Below are positions 17,613 to 24,760 of a DNA stretch of 64,000 nt, one piece after another. The DNA is taken from positions 7,344 to 71,343 of IMG/VR virus record IMGVR_UViG_3300047476_001386. One strand, given 5' to 3'. The position numbers were made by a program, and so were the translations under genes. Source of the stretch: a virus. Positions within the stretch are counted from its first letter, which is position 1. Each line of letters opens with the position of its first letter. The notes below the pieces were generated by a model. The model was given only the letters and a program-made list of their open reading frames with translations. It was not told the origin of the DNA and did not search any database.

Positions 17613-18073
17613 TTATTCCCGAATATAAGGATTTTCTTAAGCTTAAGGCCGAAATCCAACCGCAGCGTGCATTAATTTACGATGATGGTTGGACTGAAAA
17701 TCCCGATATTCGGAGTACCGAAGTGCGTTTCATTACTAGAGACGCCTATCCTGAAGTGTTCAGGATTATGCAAGAATACGGCCGCCAAAATCAGGCCCGC
17801 TGTGGTATTGATCGAGTCCTCCAGATCAAAGACCATATTCAGCTTTCTACGTACCATCCAGGGGACTTTTATGGATGGCACAAGGACGCTCGGCTCCTGT
17901 CCTGCTCTTTACTACTTACAGATGGTTTTACCGGAGGTAGGCTAGAGTTTCGTGACTGGGGTGGAACCCTGAAAAAGAAAGCTGGGCGTGCCGTATTCTT
18001 CCCTAATGTTGAACATAGAGTCCGCCCAGTACTGTCTGGTGTGCGAGACTCCCTAGTAGTGTGGTGGCAATGA
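17609..18073 (+). CDS. 2OG-Fe(II) oxygenase
   Basis: WHKD...H.V.PV.SG.R.SLV.W. Confidence 0.85.
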   Translation: MIIPEYKDFLKLKAEIQPQRALIYDDGWTENPDIRSTEVRFITRDAYPEVFRIMQEYGRQNQARCGIDRVLQIKDHIQLSTYHPGDFYGWHKDARLLSCSLLLTDGFTGGRLEFRDWGGTLKKKAGRAVFFPNVEHRVRPVLSGVRDSLVVWWQ

Positions 18074-18519
18074 CAGTAGACAATGAACTTTTGAGAGCGA
18101 TGGGGCTTCCCCCCGGTAAGGCAGGTCTCTCCCGACTGGTGCATGGTAAGACAGGTCCTGCACAGGCCTGTAGCCCGGCAAATTCTGGAGCAAGCGGTAC
18201 TGTAGGGGTTAAGTACGACTCTAATAAGCCCCGCATGGATTTGCTTCCTCCGCGTGCTCTACTTGAGGTCGCTAAAGTATTAAGCTTTGGTGCTGCCAAG
18301 TATGCCCCCGGTAATTGGAAACGTGTGGATAACCTTCAAGCTCGGTATACCGCTGCCGCCCTTAGGCACATTGCAGATCATATGATTGATCCAAATGCGG
18401 TCGATGAAGAATCTCACATTGATACTCTAGCGCATGCTATTTGTTGTTTGATGTTCAAATTGGAAGATAAACTTGAAAAAGATCAAAGTACAAGCACACG
18501 AGCGACTGACGAAGGCTAA
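18070..18519 (+). CDS. dATP/dGTP diphosphohydrolase-domain protein (DUF5664-like)
   Basis: GVKYDSNKPRMDLLP...VLSFGAAKY...NW...AALRH...D.ES...LAHA. Confidence 0.8.
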   Translation: MTVDNELLRAMGLPPGKAGLSRLVHGKTGPAQACSPANSGASGTVGVKYDSNKPRMDLLPPRALLEVAKVLSFGAAKYAPGNWKRVDNLQARYTAAALRHIADHMIDPNAVDEESHIDTLAHAICCLMFKLEDKLEKDQSTSTRATDEG

Positions 18520-19165
18520 TATCGAGCGCGTTATCAAGCTGCTCGAAGACCCCAAGCCTATCACTAAGAAGGCTGCCTATGAAATTCTAAATATCAAGGA
18601 AAACCCCTCTCGCCTCGCTAAGATTATTGAGGAATTCAAAGCTGAAAAGGCCTATGAAGCCTCTCGCCGCGAGAAGAACCGAGGCAAGCCCGCTGATCCT
18701 AGTGAAATTCAAGCAATCATTGAACTTTATCTGGCTGGTGAAGGAACTACCGAGATTGCTCAAAGGCTCTTTCGTAACTCCTCATTCGTTACAGCAATTC
18801 TAGAGCGTATCGGAGTTCCTAAACGTCCTACTGGAGACGCTCGATTTGAAAAGGCAATTCTGCCTGAAAATTGCGTCGCCGATAGCTTTGAAAAGGGAGA
18901 AATTGCTTGGTCCGCTAAGTATCATGCTCCTTGTCGTATCGAGCAAGTTCTTGATGCGGAATTTCTAGCTAAAAATCCCGGTATTTCCGGAAACTATGAC
19001 TACCCTTGCTACAGGATTTATGTTACTGAAGCAATGGAAGACATTCCACCTCGTTTTGCTGGTGTTAGAGTTGGTGGACACTTTGCATATGCTTACGCGT
19101 ACGATCTCGGTAAATTGACTCACCTTCAGGAATATGGGATTAATCTTGACAAACTTAGTTCATAA
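18473..19165 (+). CDS. conserved phage protein with HTH
   Basis: TKKAAYEIL; GEGTTEIAQRLFRNSSFV HTH. Confidence 0.7.
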   Translation: MKKIKVQAHERLTKANIERVIKLLEDPKPITKKAAYEILNIKENPSRLAKIIEEFKAEKAYEASRREKNRGKPADPSEIQAIIELYLAGEGTTEIAQRLFRNSSFVTAILERIGVPKRPTGDARFEKAILPENCVADSFEKGEIAWSAKYHAPCRIEQVLDAEFLAKNPGISGNYDYPCYRIYVTEAMEDIPPRFAGVRVGGHFAYAYAYDLGKLTHLQEYGINLDKLSS

Positions 19166-19514
19166 GCATCTTATCGTTCGAGCCACTCTTGGCTACTGCC
19201 CCGATAACCCTGAGTGGGTTAAGGAATGGCTGGCTCATCTAGTCAATGTTATTGACATGAAGATTCTTAGTGGTCCTCATGTAGCTCGCGTTGACAATGT
19301 TGTAGGCAATATCGGTTGCACTGGTGTAGTCATTATCGAGACTAGCCATATTGCGGTTCATTTCTGGGAAGAAACGGGCCTTATGCAACTTGATGTTTAT
19401 ACGTGTGGGCAATTTAATAAGGACCTTATTTTTAGGGAACTTGCCTGCCTAGAGCCTACGCATATGGATTTTAAGTTCCTCGATAGGGAATACGGCCTGA
19501 TCGAGGTAATTTAA
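19134..19514 (+). CDS. S-adenosylmethionine decarboxylase proenzyme-like protein
   Basis: KHLI...G.TGVVIIETSHIAVHFW...QLDVYTC. Confidence 0.8.
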   Translation: MGLILTNLVHKHLIVRATLGYCPDNPEWVKEWLAHLVNVIDMKILSGPHVARVDNVVGNIGCTGVVIIETSHIAVHFWEETGLMQLDVYTCGQFNKDLIFRELACLEPTHMDFKFLDREYGLIEVI

Positions 19515-19517
19515 CTC

Positions 19518-19570
19518 TTGACTTTGCTGCTCGGCTCCCTTATACTATATGGACAGTAAGGGAGCCGAGC
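19518..19570 (+). promoter_or_regulatory. promoter (TTGACT-N17-TATACT) overlapping a 14-bp inverted repeat whose right arm holds the RBS
   Basis: GCTCGGCTCCCTTA (19529-19542) / TAAGGGAGCCGAGC (19557-19570). Confidence 0.7.
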
Positions 19571-19571
19571 G

Positions 19572-19826
19572 ATGTTGCAATATTGTTATAATCCAGTAGA
19601 AACTCCCGCCTATGTATGGGCTAGAAGCCAAGACCCGAATCTTCATAGAATTTATTCGCAAGCCGGAATTGATGCCGGCCACGCAGACTATAGCCCCGCC
19701 ATTCGCTACCGAGCAGAAGGCTATGAAGCGGGCTATGATGCGGCTCTTGCCGAAGGATACTTGTGGATTTTGGCTAGTGCTTATTTGGGTTGGACGCCTG
19801 TAAATAGAGAACAAAATGAAACTTAA
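19572..19826 (+). CDS. hypothetical protein
   Basis: GGGAG RBS and its own promoter. Confidence 0.65.
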   Translation: MLQYCYNPVETPAYVWARSQDPNLHRIYSQAGIDAGHADYSPAIRYRAEGYEAGYDAALAEGYLWILASAYLGWTPVNREQNET

Positions 19827-20214
19827 GATGTATACCATTTTTGCCCGAGAAAGTATTGTCAAAATGAACGGCAATCGTGGCAAGATGTGCACGCAAGCAG
19901 GGCACGCGTATCTTCATGCTTTCTGGGACTCCGCAAAGAGGTTTCAAGGCGAGCATGGATTTGCAGAGGATCAACCTAGCGATGCAGAGCGCTATCAAGA
20001 CAGCGATCATGCATATAAGATTACTCTGGTTGTAGATACTGTAGAAGAACTTGTTGTACTAAGAAATAAATACCAGCCTATCTGTGGTGTAAGTCTTGTA
20101 ACAGATGCTGGGTTTACAGTGTTTAATGAACCCACCACTACTTGCCTAGGCCTTGGTCCAATTAGTGAAAACGATATTGGCGAAGATTTGAAGTCCCTCA
20201 AACTTTTTATGTGA
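19816..20214 (+). CDS. peptidyl-tRNA hydrolase type 2 (Pth2)
   Basis: GKMCTQAGHA...KITL.V...DAGFT....TTTCLGLGP...LKL. Confidence 0.85.
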   Translation: MKLKMYTIFARESIVKMNGNRGKMCTQAGHAYLHAFWDSAKRFQGEHGFAEDQPSDAERYQDSDHAYKITLVVDTVEELVVLRNKYQPICGVSLVTDAGFTVFNEPTTTCLGLGPISENDIGEDLKSLKLFM

Positions 20215-20217
20215 CCT

Positions 20218-20394
20218 ATGAAAATTGAAATTCCCGACGAAGAAGCAGACTACATTACGGTACAAAATCTAAAAGAGTGGCGGGATGAGCTGCCAAATGT
20301 CCAAGGAATGTTCTCTCTGGACCCTGAAGAAGATCGAGAACAGATTGCTATTCTTGTAGACGCATTTGATAAGGTTATTGCCTGGTACAGTTAA
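20218..20394 (+). CDS. small hypothetical protein (58 aa)
   Basis: open frame between Pth2 and the tRNA cluster. Confidence 0.55.
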   Translation: MKIEIPDEEADYITVQNLKEWRDELPNVQGMFSLDPEEDREQIAILVDAFDKVIAWYS

Positions 20395-20395
20395 C

Positions 20396-20479
20396 GGGGG
20401 TGTGGTGTAAAGGTAGCCACGACGGACTTAAAATCCGTTTCCGTATGGAGTGTCGGTTCGAGTCCGACCACCCCTACCA
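20396..20479 (+). tRNA. tRNA-Leu(TAA)
   Basis: class II cloverleaf, CCA. Confidence 0.95.
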
Positions 20480-20483
20480 ATTC

Positions 20484-20558
20484 GGGTGATTAGCTCAGAG
20501 GTAGAGCAACGGGCCCTTAACCCGTCGGTCCTCGGTTCAATCCCGAGATCACCCTCCA
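20484..20558 (+). tRNA. tRNA-Lys(CTT), atypical C33 and U73
   Basis: anticodon loop CC-CTT-AA, CCA. Confidence 0.85.
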
Positions 20559-20559
20559 T

Positions 20560-20634
20560 GCCCGGTTAGCTCAGTGGTAGAGCGTCTCCTTTACACGGAG
20601 AGGGTCGGCGGTTCAAGCCCGTCACCGGGTACCA
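20560..20634 (+). tRNA. tRNA-Val(TAC)
   Basis: cloverleaf, CCA. Confidence 0.95.
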
Positions 20635-20643
20635 AAATTTTTC

Positions 20644-20672
20644 TTGACTTATTGGTCATTATACCCTATAAT
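20644..20672 (+). promoter_or_regulatory. sigma70-type promoter
   Basis: TTGACT-N17-TATAAT. Confidence 0.75.
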
Positions 20673-20694
20673 GGTTTTTCAAATGAGGAATGAG

Positions 20695-20841
20695 ATGTAT
20701 ACAAGCTTTGTGAACCGGGGTATTTACGTTTTTACGGCTATTGAAGGTTATCGGAAGGCTTTTAAGAGGCGCAAGCAACTTCACTGGCTGCCCTCTCCGG
20801 CTCGGAAGCCGAAGTTTCCGGTACCTAAGTTCGGTATCTAA
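20695..20841 (+). CDS. small basic protein (48 aa)
   Basis: GAGGA RBS after the promoter. Confidence 0.5.
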   Translation: MYTSFVNRGIYVFTAIEGYRKAFKRRKQLHWLPSPARKPKFPVPKFGI

Positions 20842-20917
20842 GGGGAATTAGCTCATTTGGTAGAGCGTCTGCTTTGCACGCAGAAGGCGAGCGGTTCGAT
20901 CCCGCTATTCTCCACCA
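20842..20917 (+). tRNA. tRNA-Ala(TGC)
   Basis: cloverleaf, G3-U70, CCA. Confidence 0.95.
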
Positions 20918-20921
20918 ATTA

Positions 20922-21680
20922 TTAGGTAGCTATGGTATCGCGTCCGGCACTCCGGAATCGCCATCCCACAGCAATTACCTGCACTAACAAGTCAGGGCTG
21001 GCTGGCACGCTGCAACGTGTCGATCCGCGATTGCAGAGCGGGGTAGGTTAGTGAAAAATTTTAGGGCCTAAGCTTTTTGCCGAAGGATAACCAAAGGGCC
21101 ACCGTACGGGACCCCCCTAAATAGGCGGCCCTGAAAAGGTGTCCGTTTCCCGCAAGGGAGTGACTATCTTGAGGCACCGGGCTTAGCGCGCTTACCTCAA
21201 GATATTCTAGGTCTCCATGGCAGCCGCAAGGTCCCCACGGAGTTCCGAAAACAGTGATTAGCTCAACGGAAGAGCCTTCGGGTTCTTGGTTCGAATCCAA
21301 GATCACTGTCTCCGCAAGTAGTTTACTACTTGCCCACCTTAGGTTCCGGCCTAAGGATTAAGCTGACAACGCTGGGCACAGGGTTGTTAGTTTGCCCCCG
21401 AAAGAGTTGAGTGTGGCAGCACTTAAACTCCAAGTACCTGCTGCCGTAGGTAGCGATGCGGAATCGTTGGGGAAGAATAGTCAAGCAGTTGAAAAGAACT
21501 ATTCGCCGCCTGAAAAGGTCCACGCGTGATGCGAGATAACCAAGTGTTTACTGCGACATGGAGCTAAGTATCTTACCACTTATGCCTCCATTAGTTTAGG
21601 TAAGATGCTGTCTAGCTGCCCGCCGGCTAGAACTAAGTTGTAACATGAGGCCCCTGGGCTAAGTGTAGGGCGGGCCAGAT
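20922..21680 (+). ncRNA. ORF-free tract of consecutive structured RNA modules between tRNA-Ala and tRNA-Leu
   Basis: closing stems AGGTAG/TTACCT, CACTAAC/GTTAGTG, AGGGCC/GGCCCT, TATCTTGAGG/CCTCAAGATA, GCAAGTAGT/ACTACTTGC, CCTTAGG/CCTAAGG. Confidence 0.55.
21251..21313 (+). ncRNA. mini tRNA-like element lacking an anticodon arm
   Basis: acceptor ACAGTGA/TCACTGT, D arm TAGCTCAACGGAAGAGC, CTTCGG in place of the anticodon arm, T arm CTTGG-TTCGAAT-CCAAG. Confidence 0.7.
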
Positions 21681-21683
21681 TAT

Positions 21684-21766
21684 GCGAGTATGGCGAAATT
21701 GGTAGACGCACCAGATTTAGGTTCTGGCGGGCAACCGTGTGGGTTCGACTCCCTCTACTCGCACCA
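21684..21766 (+). tRNA. tRNA-Leu(TAG)
   Basis: class II cloverleaf, CCA. Confidence 0.95.
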
Positions 21767-21808
21767 AGGTCCCCTTTGGGGATTTAAGTCCTGCTTCTAG
21801 GGCAGGCA

Positions 21809-21957
21809 ATAGTTTGTAGTCGTCAGCGTAAAATTGGGAGTAGGGAAAGCAACCTGGAAAGAGGGACTCATAGTACAATGAGTTGCAGAATCCTAAACAC
21901 CTCCACGGTTCGAAACGTGATAGAGGAGACGCAATACCTCGGCTACAAATTCTATTT
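21809..21957 (+). ncRNA. ~150-nt structured RNA closed by a long stem, with an internal T-loop hairpin
   Basis: TTTGTAGTCG/CGGCTACAAA closing stem; CACG-GTTCGAAA-CGTG; ACTCAT/ATGAGT. Confidence 0.5.
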
Positions 21958-21996
21958 TTACTTATACAATATTTGTATAGCTACAAATAGAATTAT

Positions 21997-22071
21997 TGGT
22001 TAGTAGCTCAATGGTAGAGCTCTCGGCTGTTAACCGAGCGGTTGTAGGTTCGAGTCCTACCTAGCCAGCCA
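21997..22071 (+). tRNA. tRNA-Asn(GTT)
   Basis: cloverleaf, CCA. Confidence 0.95.
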
Positions 22072-22078
22072 ATAATAT

Positions 22079-22153
22079 GTCGGTGAGGGAAACTGGTAAT
22101 CCGCGGGTCTCCAAAACCTTGAGAAGTAGGTTCGATTCCTACCGCCTTCGCCA
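22079..22153 (+). tRNA. tRNA-Trp(CCA) with mismatched acceptor stem
   Basis: loop CT-CCA-AA, canonical T arm, CCA; two acceptor mismatches. Confidence 0.8.
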
Positions 22154-22157
22154 TTAT

Positions 22158-22247
22158 GGAAGCGTGGCAGAGTTTGGTTTATTGCATCAGTCTTGAAAAC
22201 TGACGAAGGTAACACTTCCGTGGGTTCGAATCCTACCGCTTCCGCCA
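22158..22247 (+). tRNA. tRNA-Ser(TGA)
   Basis: class II cloverleaf, CCA. Confidence 0.95.
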
Positions 22248-22267
22248 TTTTTAACTAGGAAATAGCT

Positions 22268-22852
22268 ATGTCCGCTGTATTTTTAACGTCCGATACGCAT
22301 TTTGGACACGCTAATATATGTAAGTTTACAAACTATGATGGAACACCTCTAAGACCTTGGGATGATGTGGCCCAAATGGATGAGGATATGGTAAAGCTAT
22401 GGAACGATACAGTTCGTCCTAATGATAAAGTTTATCATCTCGGGGACGTAGTAATCAATCGTAAGAGCCTAGCCATTCTAGACCGTCTTAATGGAGATAA
22501 GGTTCTTATTAAGGGCAATCACGATATTTTTCAACTTTCTGATTATACTAAGTATTTCAGAGACATTCGTTCTTATCATGTTATGAATGGTTGTATTTTA
22601 TCACATATTCCTGTCCATAAGGATAGTATTGCACGTTTTGGGGCTAATATCCATGGACACCTTCATGGTAACCGAGTTCGCAAAGTACGAGACGTCGATG
22701 TAAAAACTGGCGGCTTACTGTATAGTGACCAAATTGACCCGGATTATTTCTGTGTATGTGTTGAGCATACTGGATTTAAGCCTATTCTTTTTGAAGATGT
22801 ACTAACGCTTATTGAAAGCCAAGGTGGCCGGATCGGATTTAGGAATAAGTAA
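22268..22852 (+). CDS. metallophosphoesterase
   Basis: SDTHFGH, HLGD, GNHD and HGHLH motifs. Confidence 0.9.
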   Translation: MSAVFLTSDTHFGHANICKFTNYDGTPLRPWDDVAQMDEDMVKLWNDTVRPNDKVYHLGDVVINRKSLAILDRLNGDKVLIKGNHDIFQLSDYTKYFRDIRSYHVMNGCILSHIPVHKDSIARFGANIHGHLHGNRVRKVRDVDVKTGGLLYSDQIDPDYFCVCVEHTGFKPILFEDVLTLIESQGGRIGFRNK

Positions 22853-22853
22853 T

Positions 22854-23096
22854 ATGCAGAATAAGATGTACTTTCTATCGAAAGAGTCAACTCCTAGTTG
22901 GACTTTTTATGCGGATGATTTGTCTGTCATTCTGAAGCAACTAGAGCCTTGTATTTGTGAAGATTGCTGGGAATACGAAACGTTATTTGCAGCGCAACCC
23001 TATATAGAGCTTGATACTAAGGATAAGATTAACGCGCTTCTTGCTACTTCTTGTGGCTGCCAATACTACTTTGGAGAAGATTATGCCCAAGCCTAG
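22854..23096 (+). CDS. hypothetical protein
   Basis: CICEDC...CGC Cys motifs. Confidence 0.55.
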   Translation: MQNKMYFLSKESTPSWTFYADDLSVILKQLEPCICEDCWEYETLFAAQPYIELDTKDKINALLATSCGCQYYFGEDYAQA

Positions 23097-23226
23097 GAAG
23101 AATGAAACTGAGCAGCAATTTATGAAGCGCTGCGTTCCAGCCCTTGTCAAGGAAGGAAAGGCCCAAGATCAAGCAGTTGCAGTTTGTCTCACTATGTGGT
23201 CAAACAAACCCAAAAATAAGTCTTGA
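23083..23226 (+). CDS. small protein (MPKPRKNETEQQFMKRC...QAVAVC)
   Basis: GGAG RBS; recognisable small phage helical motif. Confidence 0.6.
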   Translation: MPKPRKNETEQQFMKRCVPALVKEGKAQDQAVAVCLTMWSNKPKNKS

Positions 23227-23257
23227 CTTTGTAGGTTTTATACCCTATAATACATAA

Positions 23258-23461
23258 ATGAATTGCGAAGAACATACAAAACTTCGACTACAATACCTTT
23301 ACGGGTATACTTGTGAAGTAGTCTCCTTTGACGATGCTTATGCACGGCTAAAGGGGACTAATTCTTTTCAGGTATTTAGAAACCATCGAAGACTTAGAAA
23401 TGATGGTTTTCTAATCAATGGCGTTTATCACCACAAAGGGAGGCAACAATCAGTAGCGTAA
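23258..23461 (+). CDS. hypothetical protein
   Basis: follows TTGACT-N17-TATAAT (23223-23251); possibly leaderless. Confidence 0.5.
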   Translation: MNCEEHTKLRLQYLYGYTCEVVSFDDAYARLKGTNSFQVFRNHRRLRNDGFLINGVYHHKGRQQSVA

Positions 23462-23463
23462 AT

Positions 23464-23655
23464 ATGGTAGCTCTCAACGTTTTTGTGCGTGAAAGGGCCG
23501 AACTAGCTAGGCAAATTATCGAACTTGAAAACGTGGAATATGCTAATGCCACGGATAATAACCTAGCTGACGATGAACGATGGACTCTTATTGAGGTCCA
23601 TAAGTATTTTGATACTAGAATTAAGGAAATTCAGGGCCTTTTAGGAGGTGAATAA
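23464..23655 (+). CDS. hypothetical protein
   Basis: ORF packing. Confidence 0.55.
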   Translation: MVALNVFVRERAELARQIIELENVEYANATDNNLADDERWTLIEVHKYFDTRIKEIQGLLGGE

Positions 23656-23671
23656 TGGCCCTGAATACTAT

Positions 23672-23745
23672 GCTTCTATAGCTTAATGGCAGAGCAAACG
23701 ACTGATAATCGTTCGACCCAAGTTCGATTCTTGGTAGAAGCACCA
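23672..23745 (+). tRNA. tRNA-Ile(GAT)
   Basis: cloverleaf, CCA. Confidence 0.9.
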
Positions 23746-23748
23746 ATT

Positions 23749-23824
23749 GTGCTGGTGGGCGGAAAGGCTACGTCTCGGTCTGCAAAACCGAATCATGAGG
23801 GTTCGAGTCCCTCCCGGCACTCCA
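23749..23824 (+). tRNA. tRNA-Cys(GCA)
   Basis: cloverleaf, U73, CCA. Confidence 0.9.
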
Positions 23825-23825
23825 T

Positions 23826-23901
23826 TGGGGGATGGTGCAACTGGTAGCACGCCGGATTTTGATTCCGGAGGTTGTGGGTTCGAAACCTACTCCCTCAGCC
23901 A
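23826..23901 (+). tRNA. tRNA-Gln(TTG)
   Basis: cloverleaf, U1-A72, CCA. Confidence 0.9.
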
Positions 23902-23908
23902 ATTTTTT

Positions 23909-23983
23909 GTTAGGGTAGCATAACGGTAGTGCTCTGGTCTCATACGCCAGTCTGTGTTGGTTCGAGTCCAACCTCTAACACCA
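23909..23983 (+). tRNA. tRNA-Met(CAT)
   Basis: loop CT-CAT-AC, CCA. Confidence 0.85.
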
Positions 23984-23984
23984 T

Positions 23985-24061
23985 GCACGCATCGTCTAAA
24001 TGGTTTAGGATTACACTCTTTCAAGGTGTAGGTGCGGGTTCGAGTCCCGTTGCGTGTTCCA
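23985..24061 (+). tRNA. tRNA-Glu(TTC)
   Basis: loop CT-TTC-AA, CCA. Confidence 0.85.
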
Positions 24062-24076
24062 TTTTAAGGATAGAAA

Positions 24077-24337
24077 ATGTCTGATGAAGCTACTAGATAC
24101 GTAATACACGTAGTATATAGAGATTACTCTGAGCAAACCAAGAGATTTACTATGTCGCCTGAAAAGGCGCATGAACTAGCAGAAAAGGTTTTGATGTCAG
24201 ATAATGTTAGAGCAATTACTCTTGGTGAAGTTCTACAATATGGACATAAGTCTTTTACAGAGGACTTCGACGTTTTATGGCCGTGTAGCTCAGAGGAAGA
24301 GCATTCGCCTGTCGAGCGAAAGGTCGGGGTATCGTAA
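24077..24337 (+). CDS. hypothetical protein whose 3' end runs into tRNA-Asp
   Basis: AAGGA RBS; the stop codon lies in the tRNA T-loop. Confidence 0.6.
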   Translation: MSDEATRYVIHVVYRDYSEQTKRFTMSPEKAHELAEKVLMSDNVRAITLGEVLQYGHKSFTEDFDVLWPCSSEEEHSPVERKVGVS

Positions 24338-24353
24338 TCCCTCACGGTCGCCA
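24279..24353 (+). tRNA. tRNA-Asp(GTC) with non-canonical T-loop
   Basis: loop CT-GTC-GA; T-loop ATCGTAA; GCCA end. Confidence 0.8.
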
Positions 24354-24360
24354 TTATTAA

Positions 24361-24437
24361 CGGGTATTAGCGCAGTCTGGTAGCGCATCTGCTTTGGGAG
24401 CAGAGGGTCGTAGGTTCGAATCCTACATACCCGACCA
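24361..24437 (+). tRNA. tRNA-Pro(TGG)
   Basis: cloverleaf, CCA. Confidence 0.95.
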
Positions 24438-24439
24438 AT

Positions 24440-24493
24440 TTAGGGGGCGTGGGGACGCTAGTGCACTAACCAAGTTCGACTCTTGGCCCCTAA
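24440..24493 (+). ncRNA. second mini tRNA-like element
   Basis: TTAGGGG/CCCCTAA stem, small GCGT/ACGC and TAG/CTA hairpins, T arm CCAAG-TTCGACT-CTTGG. Confidence 0.55.
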
Positions 24494-24494
24494 T

Positions 24495-24584
24495 TTTATT
24501 ACGCGAACACACTGATACCTACAGGGAACTTAATCTGCTCGGGTATAGTAGACTGTGAACTGACAGTGTGTTCACGTAATAAAA
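24495..24584 (+). ncRNA. ~90-nt RNA closed by a 20-bp stem
   Basis: TTTATTACGCGAACACACTG / CAGTGTGTTCACGTAATAAA (one mismatch). Confidence 0.5.
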
Positions 24585-24586
24585 TT

Positions 24587-24662
24587 GTATCTCTGGTGTA
24601 CGTGGTCGGCACGTGGGACTGAAAATCCTGAGGTTAGGGTTCGATTCCCTGGGGATGCACCA
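24587..24662 (+). tRNA. tRNA-Phe(GAA)
   Basis: cloverleaf, CCA. Confidence 0.9.
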
Positions 24663-24663
24663 A

Positions 24664-24755
24664 CGTCCTATAGCTTAATGGTAGAGCGGTGCCCTTATAA
24701 GGCATGAGCAGCAGATGGCTGCACGATCTCGGTTCGAGTCCGAGTAGGACAACCA
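24664..24755 (+). tRNA. atypical tRNA with TAT anticodon (nominal Ile), long variable arm and C1-A72 mismatch
   Basis: GTGCC-CTTATAA-GGCAT; GCAGC/GCTGC extra arm; ACCA end. Confidence 0.75.
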
Positions 24756-24760
24756 TTTCC

